A DNA stretch of 64,000 bases from Eubacteriales bacterium (GCA_045542035.1 JAZQKG010000013.1:12102-76101); one strand, 5' to 3'; shown: positions 17,356 through 26,999, counted from the stretch's first letter. Notes: a model not told the origin generated them from the sequence alone. Numbers and translations are program-made.

Positions 17356-18138
17356 ATGAATATATTACTTAACGGAATATGCGGTCATATGGGCCGCGAG
17401 GTTGTAAAGCTTGCCGAAATAGGATATCGCGGTGCGAACCTTGCAGTAGGTGTTGACCCTTCGGCTGACGGCAGCGAAGCGCCTCTCAGTGTCAAAAGCT
17501 TTAAGGATATTATCGAAATAAATAACGTGGATTGCATAGTGGATTTTTCGCATCACTCCTGCGTTTCGGAGCTTCTTGATTTTGCGGTTGAGAATAATAC
17601 TCCAACCGTTGTAGCTACGACCGGACACACACCGGAAGAAATAGCGAAAATTCATGAGGCGGCAAAGAATATACCGGTATTTTTCTCGGCGAATATGTCG
17701 CTTGGCGTCGCATTGCTCGTTGAGCTTGCGAAAACCGCTGCAAAATCTATGCCTGATGCGGAAATCGAGATAGTAGAGCAGCATCATAACAGAAAAATTG
17801 ACGCTCCGAGCGGTACGGCTCTTATGCTTGCGAACGCAATATGCGAGGTTCGTCCCGAAGCGTACATCAACTCGGGAAGAAGCGGACAGGGAAAGAGGAC
17901 GCCCGAGGAAATAGGTATTCACGCTATACGCATGGGAAATATTGTAGGCATTCATGAGGTTATAGTCGGAACTCAGAATCAGACTATTACTTTAAAGCAC
18001 GAAGCGCACAGCAGAGCCTTGTTCGCTGAGGGCGCTCTTGCCGCGGCGGCATTCCTTGTCGAATGCGACGCGGGACTTTACGACATGAAAAGTATTATCG
18101 GCGGAGTGAAAAAGAAGGACGCGGCTCTGTCCCACTAA
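17356..18138 (+). CDS. dapB: 4-hydroxy-tetrahydrodipicolinate reductase
   Basis: 260 aa. Motif EQHHNRKIDAPSGTA. Sits between dapA and ddh. Confidence 0.9.
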   Translation: MNILLNGICGHMGREVVKLAEIGYRGANLAVGVDPSADGSEAPLSVKSFKDIIEINNVDCIVDFSHHSCVSELLDFAVENNTPTVVATTGHTPEEIAKIHEAAKNIPVFFSANMSLGVALLVELAKTAAKSMPDAEIEIVEQHHNRKIDAPSGTALMLANAICEVRPEAYINSGRSGQGKRTPEEIGIHAIRMGNIVGIHEVIVGTQNQTITLKHEAHSRALFAEGALAAAAFLVECDAGLYDMKSIIGGVKKKDAALSH

Positions 18139-18201
18139 GATAATTTTAGAGTCAATCGCATATATTAATCTATTATACCAGTTGTTTTAGGAGAAAAAAC
18201 G

Positions 18202-19179
18202 ATGAGAATCGCTATATACGGTTATGGAAATCTCGGACGCGGGGTTGAATGCTCGACTAAGTACCACGATGATGCAGAGCTGGTCGCAATTTTCACAAGA
18301 CGTGCGCCCGAAAGCGTAAAAACGGTGCTTGGTGTGCCTGTTTATTTTGCAGAGCGTGTGCTTGAATTTAAGGATAAGATAGACGTGCTAATTCTTTGCG
18401 GAGGAAGCGCTACTGATCTTCCCGAAATGACGCCGGCTCTTGCTAAGCATTTTAACGTTATAGACAGCTACGATACGCACGCAACGATACCGAAGCACTT
18501 CGCTGCGGTTGACAAAGCTGCAACCGAGTCGGGACACGTGGCGCTTATCTCGGCAGGCTGGGATCCCGGACTGTTTTCTATAGCGAGAGTTTACGCGTCA
18601 TCGGTTTTGCCATGCGGCAAGGACTACACCTTTTGGGGCAGAGGAATAAGCCAGGGTCACTCGGATGCTATAAGACGTATAGACGGAGTTCTTGACGCGC
18701 GTCAGTACACTGTTCCCGTACCAGAGGCTATATCCGCGGTTCGCGCGGGTGAGAGTCCCGAGCTTACGACAAGACAAAAGCACCTTCGCGAGTGCTACGT
18801 TGTTCTTGCGGATGGCGCGGATGCCGAAACAGTAGAGCGGGAAATCAAAAACATGCCTAACTATTTTGCAGATTATGATACTACCGTTAATTTTATAACT
18901 CTTGACGAGCTCAGGAAAAACCACTCAGGAATGCCGCACGGGGGCTCTGTTATCAGAAACGGGAAGACCGGATTTGACGGAGAACATAATCATACAGTAG
19001 AATTTAAGCTTAATCTTGATTCAAACCCCGAGTTTACCGCGAGTGTGCTCGTCGCTTATGCGAGAGCTGTAGACAGACTTGCGAAAAAAGGCGACACGGG
19101 CTGTAAAACGGTGCTTGATATAGCTCCCGCGGAGCTTTCGCTTATGCCGCGCGAAGAGCTTTACGCTCATATGCTTTGA
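18202..19179 (+). CDS. ddh: meso-diaminopimelate D-dehydrogenase
   Basis: 325 aa. N-terminal Rossmann IAIYGYGNLGRG and GISQGHSDAIRRIDGV are typical of Ddh. Located in a dap/lys operon. Confidence 0.85.
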   Translation: MRIAIYGYGNLGRGVECSTKYHDDAELVAIFTRRAPESVKTVLGVPVYFAERVLEFKDKIDVLILCGGSATDLPEMTPALAKHFNVIDSYDTHATIPKHFAAVDKAATESGHVALISAGWDPGLFSIARVYASSVLPCGKDYTFWGRGISQGHSDAIRRIDGVLDARQYTVPVPEAISAVRAGESPELTTRQKHLRECYVVLADGADAETVEREIKNMPNYFADYDTTVNFITLDELRKNHSGMPHGGSVIRNGKTGFDGEHNHTVEFKLNLDSNPEFTASVLVAYARAVDRLAKKGDTGCKTVLDIAPAELSLMPREELYAHML

Positions 19180-19197
19180 TTATAACGAGAGGGAAAA

Positions 19198-20523
19198 ATG
19201 ATTTTAACTCAGGAAAAACAGGAATTTATATGTGAGAATATTTCTCGCAATGCCGATGGTGAGCTTTGCTTTGCGAGTATGCCGCTTTCACCTCTGGCGA
19301 AAAAATACGGAACTCCGCTCTATCTTTACGATGAGGAGCGAATCCGAGAAAGATGCCGCACCTATCTTAACGCAGTTAAGTCGGCGTTCGGTACGCGCGG
19401 TAAAGTTCTTTATGCTTCAAAGGCTGCGTCGTTTAAGAGGCTGTACGAGATAATGAAGGAAGAGGGAATGGGAATAGACGTCGTTTCCTGCGGTGAGATA
19501 TATACCGCAAGCGCGGCAGGATTTCCTCTTGAGAAATCTTATTTCCACTCAAATAATAAAACCGATGCCGATATAGAGTACGCAATTTCGCACGGGGTGG
19601 GATATTTCGTTGCGGATAACGAGGAGGAGCTTTACGCTATCGAACGTATTGCGGGTGAGCGCGGTATAAAGCAGCGCGTTCTGCTCCGTCTCACTCCCGG
19701 CATTGACCCGCACACGTACGCGGCTGTCGCTACGGGAAAGGTTGACTCGAAATTCGGCTCCGCGATAGAGACCGGTCAGGCAGAAAATATTACACGGATA
19801 GCGCTTTCGCTTCCTCACGTTTGCCTTCGCGGCTTCCACTGCCATGTCGGGTCGCAGGTCTTTGATTCAGACGTTTATATCCGCGCCGCAGAGGTTATGC
19901 TTGATTTCGTTGCGGATATGTATAAGAAGCTCGGTTACCTCGCGGATGAGCTTGATATTGGAGGCGGTTACGGAGTTCGCTATATTGCCGAGCAGCCTAC
20001 TATCGACATTGCGGCAAATATTGCCGAGGTGGCTGAGTTTATGCATAAGCATGCCGCCGAGCTTGGAATAACGCTCCCCGAAATAGCTTTTGAACCGGGA
20101 AGAAGCATCGTTGCCGATGCCGGACTTACCGTTTATACAGTCGGAACTGTAAAAAGAATACCCGGATATAAATCCTACGTTTCGGTGGACGGCGGAATGA
20201 CCGATAACCCGCGCTACGCGCTTTACGGCTCACCGTATACTCTGCTTACGGTAAACGAAAACAAAGATGCCGACACAGAAAACGTTTCGGTCGTTGGACG
20301 CTGCTGTGAGAGCGGAGACATTCTTCAGGAGAACGTTTCTATGCCCGAAAATATCACACGGGGCGACCTTATCGCCTGCTTGACAACCGGAGCTTACCAT
20401 TATTCGATGGCTTCAAATTATAACAGAATTCCAAGACCGCCGGTCGTTATGCTAAACGGAGGAGAGTCATATATCGCAGTCAAACGCGAGACCCCCGAGC
20501 ACGTCGCATCACTTGACTTATAA
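19198..20523 (+). CDS. lysA: diaminopimelate decarboxylase
   Basis: 441 aa fold-type III PLP enzyme. Motifs YASKA, HCHVGSQ, DIGGGYG, EPGRSIV and CESGD. Confidence 0.9.
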   Translation: MILTQEKQEFICENISRNADGELCFASMPLSPLAKKYGTPLYLYDEERIRERCRTYLNAVKSAFGTRGKVLYASKAASFKRLYEIMKEEGMGIDVVSCGEIYTASAAGFPLEKSYFHSNNKTDADIEYAISHGVGYFVADNEEELYAIERIAGERGIKQRVLLRLTPGIDPHTYAAVATGKVDSKFGSAIETGQAENITRIALSLPHVCLRGFHCHVGSQVFDSDVYIRAAEVMLDFVADMYKKLGYLADELDIGGGYGVRYIAEQPTIDIAANIAEVAEFMHKHAAELGITLPEIAFEPGRSIVADAGLTVYTVGTVKRIPGYKSYVSVDGGMTDNPRYALYGSPYTLLTVNENKDADTENVSVVGRCCESGDILQENVSMPENITRGDLIACLTTGAYHYSMASNYNRIPRPPVVMLNGGESYIAVKRETPEHVASLDL

Positions 20524-20532
20524 CAAAAAATC

Positions 20533-20566
20533 ATCGCTGCTCACTCAAACCGGGCAGCGATTTTTA
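20533..20566 (+). terminator. rho-independent terminator after lysA
   Basis: ATCGCTGC 20533..20540 pairs with GCAGCGAT 20554..20561, followed by TTTTTATT. Confidence 0.8.
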
Positions 20567-20607
20567 TTATGTAAAATTGGTAATTTTTGACAACTTTTCA
20601 AAATGCA

Positions 20608-20636
20608 TTGAAAAATAGACATATATGTGTTATAAT
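20608..20636 (+). promoter_or_regulatory. sigma-70 promoter of the polysaccharide island operon (TTGAAA-17-TATAAT)
   Basis: TTGAAA 20608..20613, 17-nt spacer, TATAAT 20631..20636. Confidence 0.6.
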
Positions 20637-20691
20637 TGATATAAAATATATTAATTATATTTTTAATATGAAGACTTTCGAAACACCACCG

Positions 20692-20726
20692 CACCAACTC
20701 GAATAAATAAAGTTGGTGTATTTTTA
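20692..20726 (+). terminator. terminator-like hairpin inside the operon leader (possible attenuator/antitermination target)
   Basis: CACCAACT 20692..20699 pairs perfectly with AGTTGGTG 20711..20718 across an 11-nt loop, followed by TATTTTTAT. It lies between the promoter and the first gene. Confidence 0.5.
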
Positions 20727-20780
20727 TGCGGATTTCATCTGTTTCATTTGATTCAAAGTCATAAATAGGAGATGTTTTAT

Positions 20781-21617
20781 ATGTTTCTTAATTTGATGTA
20801 CATTACAAACAATCCAGAGGTAGCGTTAATAGCTGAGAAGAGCGGTGTAGATCGAATCATGATTGATCTTGAAACGCTTGGCAAAGAAGAACGCCAAAAG
20901 AACATGAATACGGTTAAGTCTCACCATACTGTGGATGATGTTCGAATTATTTCGAATATGTTGACAAGTTCTGAAATGCTTGTCAGAGTAAATCCCTGGA
21001 ATGAAACCTCTGTTGATGAGATAGAAGCCGTAATTGCTGCAGGTGCAGACATAATTATGTTACCAATGTGGAAAACAGTAGATGAGGTGAATTCATTTTT
21101 GAACACGGTAAATGAAAGAGTTCATACAACATTACTTCTTGAAACCAAAGAAGCCGTAGAGATTATTGATGAGATCATTGAAAACCCATTGCTTGACGAA
21201 ATACATATTGGGTTGAATGATCTACACCTTAGTTACGGATTGACCTTTATGTTTGAACTTCTTTCTAATGGTGTGGTTGAAAGTTTATGTCAAAAATTCA
21301 AGGCAAAAGGTATCCCATACGGGTTTGGAGGCATAGCTAGAATAGGTGAAGGAACACTTCCTGCTGATAATATTGTGATGGAACATTATCGACTTGGTTC
21401 ATCACGAGTGATCCTTTCGAGAAGTTTTTGTAATACAGATGAGATAAATGATTTAACGTCGGTCGAAACCATTTTTTTTGAAAATATGGCTCTTTTAAGG
21501 GCATATGAAAAATCTCTTATCACCAAATCGGATTTCGAATACAGCGAAAATACCGAAGCGGTAAAACGCTGCGTAGATATAATTGTCAATAAGATTAAGG
21601 AGAAAAAGGCGCAATGA
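20781..21617 (+). CDS. HpcH/HpaI-type aldolase / citrate-lyase-beta-like TIM-barrel enzyme
   Basis: ORF 20772..21617. ATG 20781 has better spacing to AGGAG. Family pattern: IMIDLE, LVRVNP, GADIIMLPMWKTVDEV, LLLETKEA, IHIGLNDL. Confidence 0.7.
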   Translation: MFLNLMYITNNPEVALIAEKSGVDRIMIDLETLGKEERQKNMNTVKSHHTVDDVRIISNMLTSSEMLVRVNPWNETSVDEIEAVIAAGADIIMLPMWKTVDEVNSFLNTVNERVHTTLLLETKEAVEIIDEIIENPLLDEIHIGLNDLHLSYGLTFMFELLSNGVVESLCQKFKAKGIPYGFGGIARIGEGTLPADNIVMEHYRLGSSRVILSRSFCNTDEINDLTSVETIFFENMALLRAYEKSLITKSDFEYSENTEAVKRCVDIIVNKIKEKKAQ

Positions 21618-22825
21618 ACAAAATGCAAATGAAACAGCTCACCGAACAAATCGGAGATGCTTTTTATATGCTTGAAAGCAAACAGTTCAGACAAAATTAT
21701 TTAGAATTGAAGTCTGAATTTGTAAATATATATCCTAACTTCAATATTGCATATTCATACAAAACAAACTATACGCCTAAGCTTTGCAAAATTGTCAATG
21801 AGCTTGGCGGATTTGCAGAAGTTGTTTCCGACATGGAAATGGAGATTGCACTTCGCATCGGTGTAGAGTCGAAAAACATTATCTGGAACGGTCCGTTCAA
21901 GAATGCTAAAAAGGTGGAACAGCTCCTTGTTATGGGAGGAACCGTAAACATCGATTCTGCTTACGAAATTGATATGATTGCAGAAATTGCAAAGAAATAT
22001 CCTAACAACAAACTGAATATCGGGGTTCGTTGCAATTTCGATGTGAATGACGGTGTAGTGTCGAGATTTGGTTTTGATATTGAATCTGAAGATTTTAACT
22101 GTGCGATGGCTTTGTTTGGAGAATTTAAAAATCTTTATTTAATTGGTTTACAGTGTCATTTTGCAACTCGTAGACTTGATACGTGGAAACCCCGTGCTGA
22201 AGGTATGCTTGCTTTGATAGATAAGCTTGGAATCGTTCCTGAACATATTGATTTAGGAGGAGGCTTGTTTGGGAAGATGGCTGATTCTCTCAAAGCGCAG
22301 TTTGACTCCGAGATACCTACATATAAGCAGTATGCGGAAGCTGTTGCTCCTGTTTTTGCCGATCATTTCAAGGATTCCGAAAACAAGCCGATGCTTTTAA
22401 TTGAACCTGGTAGTGCTCTTGTTGGTGACTGTATGAGATTTGCATCAAAAGTTGTGAATATAAAGAATGTACGTGGCAAAGCGATAGCAACGTTGCTTGG
22501 TAGCATTTATAACATCAATCCAACTCTAAATAAAAAGAATCCTCCTATTGAAGTATATCCAATGGGTGGTGAACAAAAAGAATATATAGATTTAGACTTT
22601 GGCGGCTTTACTTGTATTGAGTCTGACTATCTTTATCGCCATTTTGATGGAAAACTAGCCAAGGGAGATTTTGTGGTGTTTGGTAATGTTGGTTCTTATT
22701 CAGTCGTGTTGAAACCTCCGTTTATTTTGCCTAACTTCCCAATTATAGATATTTCCGAGGGTGAACTTGAAATTATCAAGCGTGGAGAAACATTTGATGA
22801 TTTGTTTCATACCTTTATGTTTTAA
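21614..22825 (+). CDS. PLP-dependent decarboxylase, Orn/DAP/Arg decarboxylase family (fold type III)
   Basis: 403 aa. Motifs YSYKTNY (PLP Lys), DLGGGLFG, IEPGSALVGD and GFTCIESD. The start overlaps the upstream stop (ATGA). Confidence 0.8.
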   Translation: MNKMQMKQLTEQIGDAFYMLESKQFRQNYLELKSEFVNIYPNFNIAYSYKTNYTPKLCKIVNELGGFAEVVSDMEMEIALRIGVESKNIIWNGPFKNAKKVEQLLVMGGTVNIDSAYEIDMIAEIAKKYPNNKLNIGVRCNFDVNDGVVSRFGFDIESEDFNCAMALFGEFKNLYLIGLQCHFATRRLDTWKPRAEGMLALIDKLGIVPEHIDLGGGLFGKMADSLKAQFDSEIPTYKQYAEAVAPVFADHFKDSENKPMLLIEPGSALVGDCMRFASKVVNIKNVRGKAIATLLGSIYNINPTLNKKNPPIEVYPMGGEQKEYIDLDFGGFTCIESDYLYRHFDGKLAKGDFVVFGNVGSYSVVLKPPFILPNFPIIDISEGELEIIKRGETFDDLFHTFMF

Positions 22826-22834
22826 GAGGTAAAT

Positions 22835-23548
22835 ATGTGGTATTTATTCAACAAGTTTTTGAAGCGTTTTTTTGATATTGTGCTTTGCTCGATAGCACTT
22901 ATTGTTTTAATGCCAATATGGCTGATTATTGCGATAGCTATTAAATGCGATAGCAATGGACCGGTATTGTTTGCGCAAGATAGGCGCACGAAAAACGGAA
23001 GACTTTTTAAAATGTATAAATTTCGCTCTATGGTTGTTAATGCTGAGAGCATGGGTGCCGGATTGTTTAATTATGAAAATGATCCTCGAGTAACAAAGAT
23101 TGGACGTTTTTTGAGAAACACTAGTCTTGATGAGTTGCCGCAGCTTTGGAACGTTGTAAAAGGAGATCTTTCTTTGGTGGGCCCCAGACCCTGCGTGTCT
23201 TATGAACTTGGAGATTTTGAGACGCTTAATAAAAAATACAAGAAACGATTCGAGGTTCGTGGTGGAATTACAGGACTTGCTCAAATAAAGGGCAGGAATG
23301 AAAACTCTTGGGATGAAAAAGTGACATACGACAATATTTACATAGAAAAGTTTAAAAAACAGGGATTTTGGTTAGACATAAAAATATTGGCGGGTACTGT
23401 TGCTAAAGTTTTTAAAAAACAAGATATATACGAAGAAAAGGTAGATGATAATATGAATGATGCAGAAGCTGCAAAATTTGCGGAAGAAGAGATTATTCGT
23501 ATAGCGCATTTGCCTGACGAAGAAGTTGAAACAATTGAAGCGAAATAA
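22835..23548 (+). CDS. small (PglC-like) undecaprenyl-phosphate sugar phosphotransferase, initiating enzyme
   Basis: 237 aa. One N-terminal hydrophobic helix, then the bacterial sugar transferase core ([36 protein letters not shown]). Confidence 0.85.
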   Translation: MWYLFNKFLKRFFDIVLCSIALIVLMPIWLIIAIAIKCDSNGPVLFAQDRRTKNGRLFKMYKFRSMVVNAESMGAGLFNYENDPRVTKIGRFLRNTSLDELPQLWNVVKGDLSLVGPRPCVSYELGDFETLNKKYKKRFEVRGGITGLAQIKGRNENSWDEKVTYDNIYIEKFKKQGFWLDIKILAGTVAKVFKKQDIYEEKVDDNMNDAEAAKFAEEEIIRIAHLPDEEVETIEAK

Positions 23549-23558
23549 GAGGTAAAAA

Positions 23559-24485
23559 ATGAAAACAGATGTAGCTAATAGATTTATATGGTACAAGGGT
23601 GAAATTATTAATGTTAATGATGCGAAGATCAATATTCTTGCACCCACTGCTCAATTTGGCTTGAACGTGTTTGAAGGAATTCCTTGTTATTGGAACGAGG
23701 ACGAAAAACAACTTTATGCTTTTCGTTTAGATGACCATTATGATCGTTTGCTTCGTTCTGCAAAATTGATTCAAATCAATTGCCCATATACTAAAGATGA
23801 TTTCAAGAAGGCACTTGTGGATGTAATTAAAGCTAACGAGTACGATGAAAATCTTTCAGTGCGTCAAACGTTATTTGTTGATGGCTTTGGTTCTTGGGGT
23901 TCTGCAGAACCCGTGGATATGTTCGTTGCACCTATTCCCAAAGGAAGGACAAGCTCGGAGTATAATAAAAAAGGACTTAACTGTTGCGTTACTTCTTGGA
24001 GAAGAATCTCGGATACGACGCTTTCTCCGAGGATCAAGTGTGGTGCAAACTATATAAATAGCCGTGTCGGTCAGAGAGAGGCGCTTCGCAACGGATACGA
24101 TACTTGTATTTTTTTGAATGAAGTAGGAAAAGTGGCGGAAGGTCCGGGCTCATGTTTCTTTATGGTCGTAAATGGTACTTTGGTCACTCCAATGCTTACA
24201 GACAGCGTTCTTGAAAGTATTACAAGAGATACGATTATTAAACTTGCTAAGACTATCGGTATTTCTGTCATTGAAAGAACAATAGATAGAACAGAACTTT
24301 ATACTTGTGACGAAGCGTTCCTTTGCGGTTCTGCGATGGAAGTTACCCCTGTTCTTTCTATTGATAAATATGTGGTTGGCAATGGAGAGGCAGGTAAGAT
24401 AACTACGGAACTGCACAAGGCATATCTTGATGTGGCAAAAGGAAAAAATGATAATTTGAAAGATTGGATAACACCGATTTATTGA
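23559..24485 (+). CDS. class IV (BCAT / D-amino-acid) aminotransferase
   Basis: 308 aa fold-type IV pattern: VFEGIPCY, RLDDHYDRLLRSAKL, KCGANYINS, EGPGSCFFMV, LESITRDT. Confidence 0.8.
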   Translation: MKTDVANRFIWYKGEIINVNDAKINILAPTAQFGLNVFEGIPCYWNEDEKQLYAFRLDDHYDRLLRSAKLIQINCPYTKDDFKKALVDVIKANEYDENLSVRQTLFVDGFGSWGSAEPVDMFVAPIPKGRTSSEYNKKGLNCCVTSWRRISDTTLSPRIKCGANYINSRVGQREALRNGYDTCIFLNEVGKVAEGPGSCFFMVVNGTLVTPMLTDSVLESITRDTIIKLAKTIGISVIERTIDRTELYTCDEAFLCGSAMEVTPVLSIDKYVVGNGEAGKITTELHKAYLDVAKGKNDNLKDWITPIY

Positions 24486-24506
24486 TATTATATAGGAGCA
24501 AAGACG

Positions 24507-25274
24507 ATGGAAAGAACATACGTTGAGGGGCTTGTTTCGGTAATTATGCCGATTTACAATGCAGAAAAATATCTTGATAATACATTAGAATCAATTTTTA
24601 GTCAGGATTATGAAAATATTGAGATTGTACTTGTGGATGATTGTTCAAAAGACGGCTCTGCAACTGTTATTATGAATCTTCAAAAAACTCATCCGGAAAT
24701 CGTATATTTTCTTCAGGAAAAGAATATGGGGGCAGGGGCAGCTCGTAATAAAGCTTTGGAACTTGCAAAAGGTCAATACGTTGCTTTCCTTGATAGTGAT
24801 GACCTTTGGCTTCCCGGTAAAATTAGCAGACAAATTGAATTGATGAGGTCAACGAATTCACCGTTCTCCTATACAGCCATTGAAATGATGGACGAAAAGA
24901 GTGAAACAATTAAAGGGAAACGTAATATCAAAGAAACTTGCGACTATAAGTATCTTTTGCACAACACTATTATTGCAACATCATCAGTTGTAATTGATAG
25001 AACAGTGCTTGGAGATTTTCGTATGCCATTGCGCCGAGGGGGTCAGGACTATGCAACTTGGCTCATGCTTCTACGTGACGGTGCTGTAGCTCGTGGTATT
25101 AACGAAACTCTTGTAAGATATCGTGTTGCTAGTGGTTCGCTCTCATCTAATAAATTTAAGAGTATCAAACAAGTTTGGGAAATACAAACTCAAGATGAAG
25201 GTATAAACAAAATCAGCGTAGCTTTCCATGTGCTTTGCTTCGGGTTCAACGCCTTCAAAAAATATTTTTTATAA
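24507..25274 (+). CDS. glycosyltransferase family 2
   Basis: 255 aa GT-A fold. Motifs VSVIMPIYNAEKYL, VDDCSKDGS and DxD in FLDSDD. Confidence 0.85.
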   Translation: MERTYVEGLVSVIMPIYNAEKYLDNTLESIFSQDYENIEIVLVDDCSKDGSATVIMNLQKTHPEIVYFLQEKNMGAGAARNKALELAKGQYVAFLDSDDLWLPGKISRQIELMRSTNSPFSYTAIEMMDEKSETIKGKRNIKETCDYKYLLHNTIIATSSVVIDRTVLGDFRMPLRRGGQDYATWLMLLRDGAVARGINETLVRYRVASGSLSSNKFKSIKQVWEIQTQDEGINKISVAFHVLCFGFNAFKKYFL

Positions 25275-25306
25275 AAATCAAGAATAGCACACTCGAAAGG
25301 GAAATT

Positions 25307-25840
25307 ATGGAACAATACGTTGTTTATAGGTACGATAAATCATCGGGATGTAAAACAAATTTTGGTGGTAATGGTAAAGCTTATACCTACAAAAAATTTC
25401 TATGGGGCACTAAAGATAAAATATTTAAGTCAATTCTATTTGCTATATCTGCGAGAGGTAAACAGAAGATACTTTGTGTGGAAAACGAAAAGAAGGAAAT
25501 CATACATTATTCCTTCGTAATACCTTATTGCATAAAATTTCAATTCATGAAAAAGGACGATTATTGCATTGGTCCGTGCTGGACACACCCTGATTATCGA
25601 GGCAAAGGAATTTACGGAAATGTTCTTGACTATGTAAGTACAACTATAACTTTGGAAAATAATAACGCAGATTGTTATGTTTTAATACGAAAAGCAAACT
25701 TTGCATCTACAAACGGCATAAAAAAAGCAAAGTATATTCCCGTTGGCACAATTAAAAAAACGAAAATATTAAAACATTACAAAACTGTTTCTTGGTATAA
25801 TAGGGTGCCTGTTAATAGTGAAGGAGTTGATACTATATGA
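25307..25840 (+). CDS. GNAT-type N-acetyltransferase
   Basis: ORF 25235..25840 starts on a TTG inside the GT2 tail. ATG 25307 (MEQYVVYRY) is preferred. GNAT motif A is THPDYRGKGIYGNVL. Confidence 0.65.
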   Translation: MEQYVVYRYDKSSGCKTNFGGNGKAYTYKKFLWGTKDKIFKSILFAISARGKQKILCVENEKKEIIHYSFVIPYCIKFQFMKKDDYCIGPCWTHPDYRGKGIYGNVLDYVSTTITLENNNADCYVLIRKANFASTNGIKKAKYIPVGTIKKTKILKHYKTVSWYNRVPVNSEGVDTI

Positions 25841-26979
25841 AAAAAATACTTTTAATCAACCCCTGGGGAATCAATAATGATGAGTTTTACACGAGTGGAT
25901 TGACAAAAGCATTGAGTGCTGTTGTTAATCTGGATTTAGCCACGAACTATTATTATGCCGGTTATACGCCAAATTGTGATTTGCACAAGATTTTTTTCAG
26001 AATAACAGAAAAGTACACGAAGAATAGCGTGTTTCGGAAAATAGTTCGAGGGGTGGAATATTTATTTGCATATCTTCGTTTGCTGAGAATTATTAAAAAT
26101 AACAAATACGATTATGTACATATTCAATGGTTATTGATGTATAAGTTGGATGCTATTTTCTTAAAACAAATTAAACGAAAAAACGGGAAAATCATTTTAA
26201 CTGCACACAATGCTTTACCTCATGTGAATGCTGACAAATATGTCAAAGAACTAAGAAAAATTTATGCAACTGTTGATAAAATATTAGTGCATGGTGAAAC
26301 CATTGAGCAAGAAATTCTTACTGTGTTTCCAGAACTAAAAGGAAAAATAATTATCCAGCCTCATGGTGCGGTATTGCACAGAAAATCTATGAGACCGGAC
26401 TATTCTGTTGATAAATCGTTGTTAGATCGGGTGGCGAATAAGGAATTATATATTATGTTTGGAAATCAGTTTTACAACAAGGGAACTGATAGACTACTTA
26501 ATATATGGAGAGAAAATTATCTTGATGATTCCCGAAAGCTTTTGGTTATTGCGGGGAGAAAAACCAGAGACTATCCCGAACTTGAACAAGCAAAAAAGTT
26601 TCTCAACCATAGTGATAACGTAATGTTTTTAGATGGTTACATTGATGATGAATTATTAGAATACTTGATACTTCATTCAGAAGCAATACTTTTACCTTAT
26701 CGTCACGCAAGTATGAGTGGTGTCGTTTTTACCGCAGCGGAATATCAAACCACAATATTAACAACAAGATGTGGAGCTATTCCAGAATATCTTGAAAACG
26801 GAAAGGATAGTATTATCGTTGATAATTCCGAAGAAGGGTTTGCTATAGGATTGAAAGAAATGATGTTGATGACAAGAGATGAAAGGAAAACTCTTGGTAG
26901 GCGTTTATATGAAAATATAAATACCAAGTATTCATGGGAGAGCATCGCTAAGTTGTTATTGGAGAGGGTTTACAAATAG
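25837..26979 (+). CDS. glycosyltransferase family 4 (GT-B)
   Basis: 380 aa. C-terminal GT-B donor-binding region (LPYRHASMSGVVFTAAEYQTTILTTRCGAIPEYLENGKDS). 4-nt overlap with the upstream gene. Confidence 0.8.
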   Translation: MKKILLINPWGINNDEFYTSGLTKALSAVVNLDLATNYYYAGYTPNCDLHKIFFRITEKYTKNSVFRKIVRGVEYLFAYLRLLRIIKNNKYDYVHIQWLLMYKLDAIFLKQIKRKNGKIILTAHNALPHVNADKYVKELRKIYATVDKILVHGETIEQEILTVFPELKGKIIIQPHGAVLHRKSMRPDYSVDKSLLDRVANKELYIMFGNQFYNKGTDRLLNIWRENYLDDSRKLLVIAGRKTRDYPELEQAKKFLNHSDNVMFLDGYIDDELLEYLILHSEAILLPYRHASMSGVVFTAAEYQTTILTTRCGAIPEYLENGKDSIIVDNSEEGFAIGLKEMMLMTRDERKTLGRRLYENINTKYSWESIAKLLLERVYK

Positions 26980-26999
26980 AGAAAAGGAGCCGTAATTAG

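Noticed and set aside
20668-20706. 11-codon leader peptide (MKTFETPPHQLE) whose 3' end (from codon 9) and stop overlap the 5' arm and loop of the leader hairpin, considered as translational attenuation with a Pro-Pro stall
   Set aside because: There is no Shine-Dalgarno upstream of the ATG, and I cannot test conservation. It is too speculative to call.
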